From Mustelus asterias (Eukaryota), in NCBI RefSeq assembly GCF_964213995.1, contig NC_135830.1:10974001-11038000 (forward strand): a DNA stretch of 64,000 nt. Direction: 5' to 3'. This document shows positions 61,992 through 64,000 of this stretch, one piece after another (the stretch's first letter is position 1; every line of letters starts with the position of its first letter). The position numbers and the translations under genes are program-made. Below the pieces are notes generated by a model. It searched no databases, was not told the origin of the DNA, and was given only the letters and a program-made list of their open reading frames with translations.

Positions 61992-62051
61992 CAAACTATG
62001 CAACCACCAAGCTTATCTTTGGCAGTGGAACCAAACTCACTGTAGAACCCA
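61992..62051 (+). other. TRAJ: TCR alpha-type J segment (NYATTKLIFGSGTKLTVEP), intact
   Basis: CGATTTTGT-12 bp-CACTGTG, FGxG, GTAAGT. Confidence 0.93.
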
Positions 62052-64000
62052 GTAAGTGAAACTATTTTCTGCATTTTGTGTCTGGTTATAGTTTTAAAAA
62101 GTAATGTCCGATTCAAATACACCTGTAAAGAATCTTTGTCCTGTAATAGCTGCTGTTGAGTTGATTGGGAAGAGCAGGGGGCGAGAGGGGTGGAGTGAAA
62201 AATTAAAATGTCCTCTCACAACAGCAAATTATTAGACTCCTACAACGATGGAGGAGACCATTAGGCGCATCGCTTTTGCTTCGGGAACAGTGGAGTCATC
62301 GTCATTGTGTTTTACAGAACAGGAAGAGGCCCTGCGACCCATTGTGCCTGCTCCAGCCATTAAACCCCTATCTATTCCATCGCATTTCTCAAGACTTGGT
62401 TGCAGCCTTATATGCTATGGCATCAATAATCTTTGGACTTGCAGAGGACCAGAGGACCAGGTCCCTCTGGTCCTCTGCACTTTCTCGCGTCCTACAGTTC
62501 ATTGTGTATTCCCTTGCCTTGTGACCCCTCGCAAAATGCACCACCTCACACTTTTCAGGTTTAAATTCCGTTTGCTACTGTTCTACCTGTCTGACCAGCT
62601 CGCCCATATCGTCCTGTAATCTTTGCAAATCAGTGACATTTAATCTCACACGAAAAACATGTGAGCATCCTTGGCTTGACTTTGTGTGAAATTTGTATAC
62701 GCGCTCCCGAAAAAGTGCAAATTAAATGTCTTTATTCTGTCCTCCATGAGGTAAATATGGCTCAGCTGCTGCAATGCGAAGTTTCTGTCTTGAAAATTGT
62801 TCCTGCACATTTACTAATCACTGCAGTGAGACACCCACACTCAGCAGTCTGTTCACTTACTGGGTTCAGCATGTGACCAGTAAGGATAAGCTTATTTAAT
62901 GTCATTACCAGCTCTATGATGGACAGGGAGGCAGCATCATGTGGGAAGGCAATTGAGAACATTACACTGATATAATGAATTTGCGTAGCTGAATATCCAG
63001 CTCAGCTCGTCCTAAAATTGCAGTGTCCAGTCTTTGTAGCTCCAGTAGTGTCACATTGGACTCAAAAAATCATAATTTTATTTTTATTTCTTTGATGTGG
63101 GCATTAAATCAAATCAAATTAAATCAAATCCTAATTGCCCACTGGGCAATTTCAGGTTCCACGACATTGCTTCTTGGATCCAAAACATATTTCCTTCTCC
63201 AAAGGACATTGTTGATCGAAATGGGCATTTACAACACATGGCAGAAGTCCTTTTTCATTCGCAAACTTGGCAATAGTAAATTCACTTTCCACATCCAAGT
63301 CATTATGTATATTGTAAATAATTGTGACCCGAGCATTAATCGCTGAGGCACTCCACTTGTAACAGATTGTCATCCTCAAAATGCTCTTCTAATCCCAACT
63401 CTCTGTATCCTATCGATTAGCCAACCCTCTATCCATGCGAATATATTACCCCAAAAAGCATGAATTCTGAATTAGCCCTTTGTCCGAGATCATATTCAAA
63501 GCTTTTTGCTGCAAAGATAAGATACCAACCAATGAACGACAATGCTTTTTTAACGGCAATCGTCGATAGTTGCCGGAGTTTTTACTGGATGCTACACTTC
63601 GATCAATTTATTTGAAATTACTCCAAGTGCTGGGGCGGGAATTGAACCCATTTCTTCAGGGGAATTAGTCTGGGTCTCCGTGCTGCTAATCTAATGACAT
63701 TGCCATTTCGCTGCAACCATCCCACAATGTTGCATGAAGAATGTTTAGTGATAGTTTCAATCAAAAGTTTGTTACAGAGTCAGATATCACTGTGATTAAT
63801 TTCGTCTTGTGATCTTTATCAAAGAATTAACATTCAGTGCCATCATCCAGCACTTTCCTTCATGGACATATATAATATAGAGAAAGATAGAAAATAGGAG
63901 CACGGGTAGGCCATTCGACACTTAGACCCTGCTCTGCCATTCGACACGACCGTGGCTGAAACTGTAACTCAACACCATACTATCCCTCACCTCATAATTC

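Overview
Eukaryotic genomic DNA from a cartilaginous fish (shark-type IgM exons, HE1-like SINEs, CR1 LINEs, Penelope-derived repeats). Three zones, 5' to 3'. (1) 0-13 kb: a tRNA gene cluster with intact Lys-CTT and Thr-TGT, near-intact Asn-GTT and many decaying copies, followed by a dead hAT/Buster transposon at 13.8-16.1 kb. (2) 24.5-41.5 kb: a complete IgM heavy-chain cluster with a germline-joined, in-frame VDJ, CH1-CH4, secretory tail, TM1 and two TM2 exons. The V exon carries a perfect 155-bp inverted copy of its own 5'UTR/leader that keeps the frame open. The CH1 light-chain cysteine and the tailpiece penultimate cysteine are both missing. (3) 43.9-62 kb: in the same orientation and about 2.4 kb after the last Ig exon, three defective TCR alpha/delta-type V segments, then a TCR alpha-type J array (12-RSS; several J segments are defective). 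The last V and first J coding ends are only 124 bp apart, with no TCR delta D-J-C between them. No TCR constant exon is in the window. All calls are by eye; no database searches were run, and comparisons to published shark proteins are from memory.
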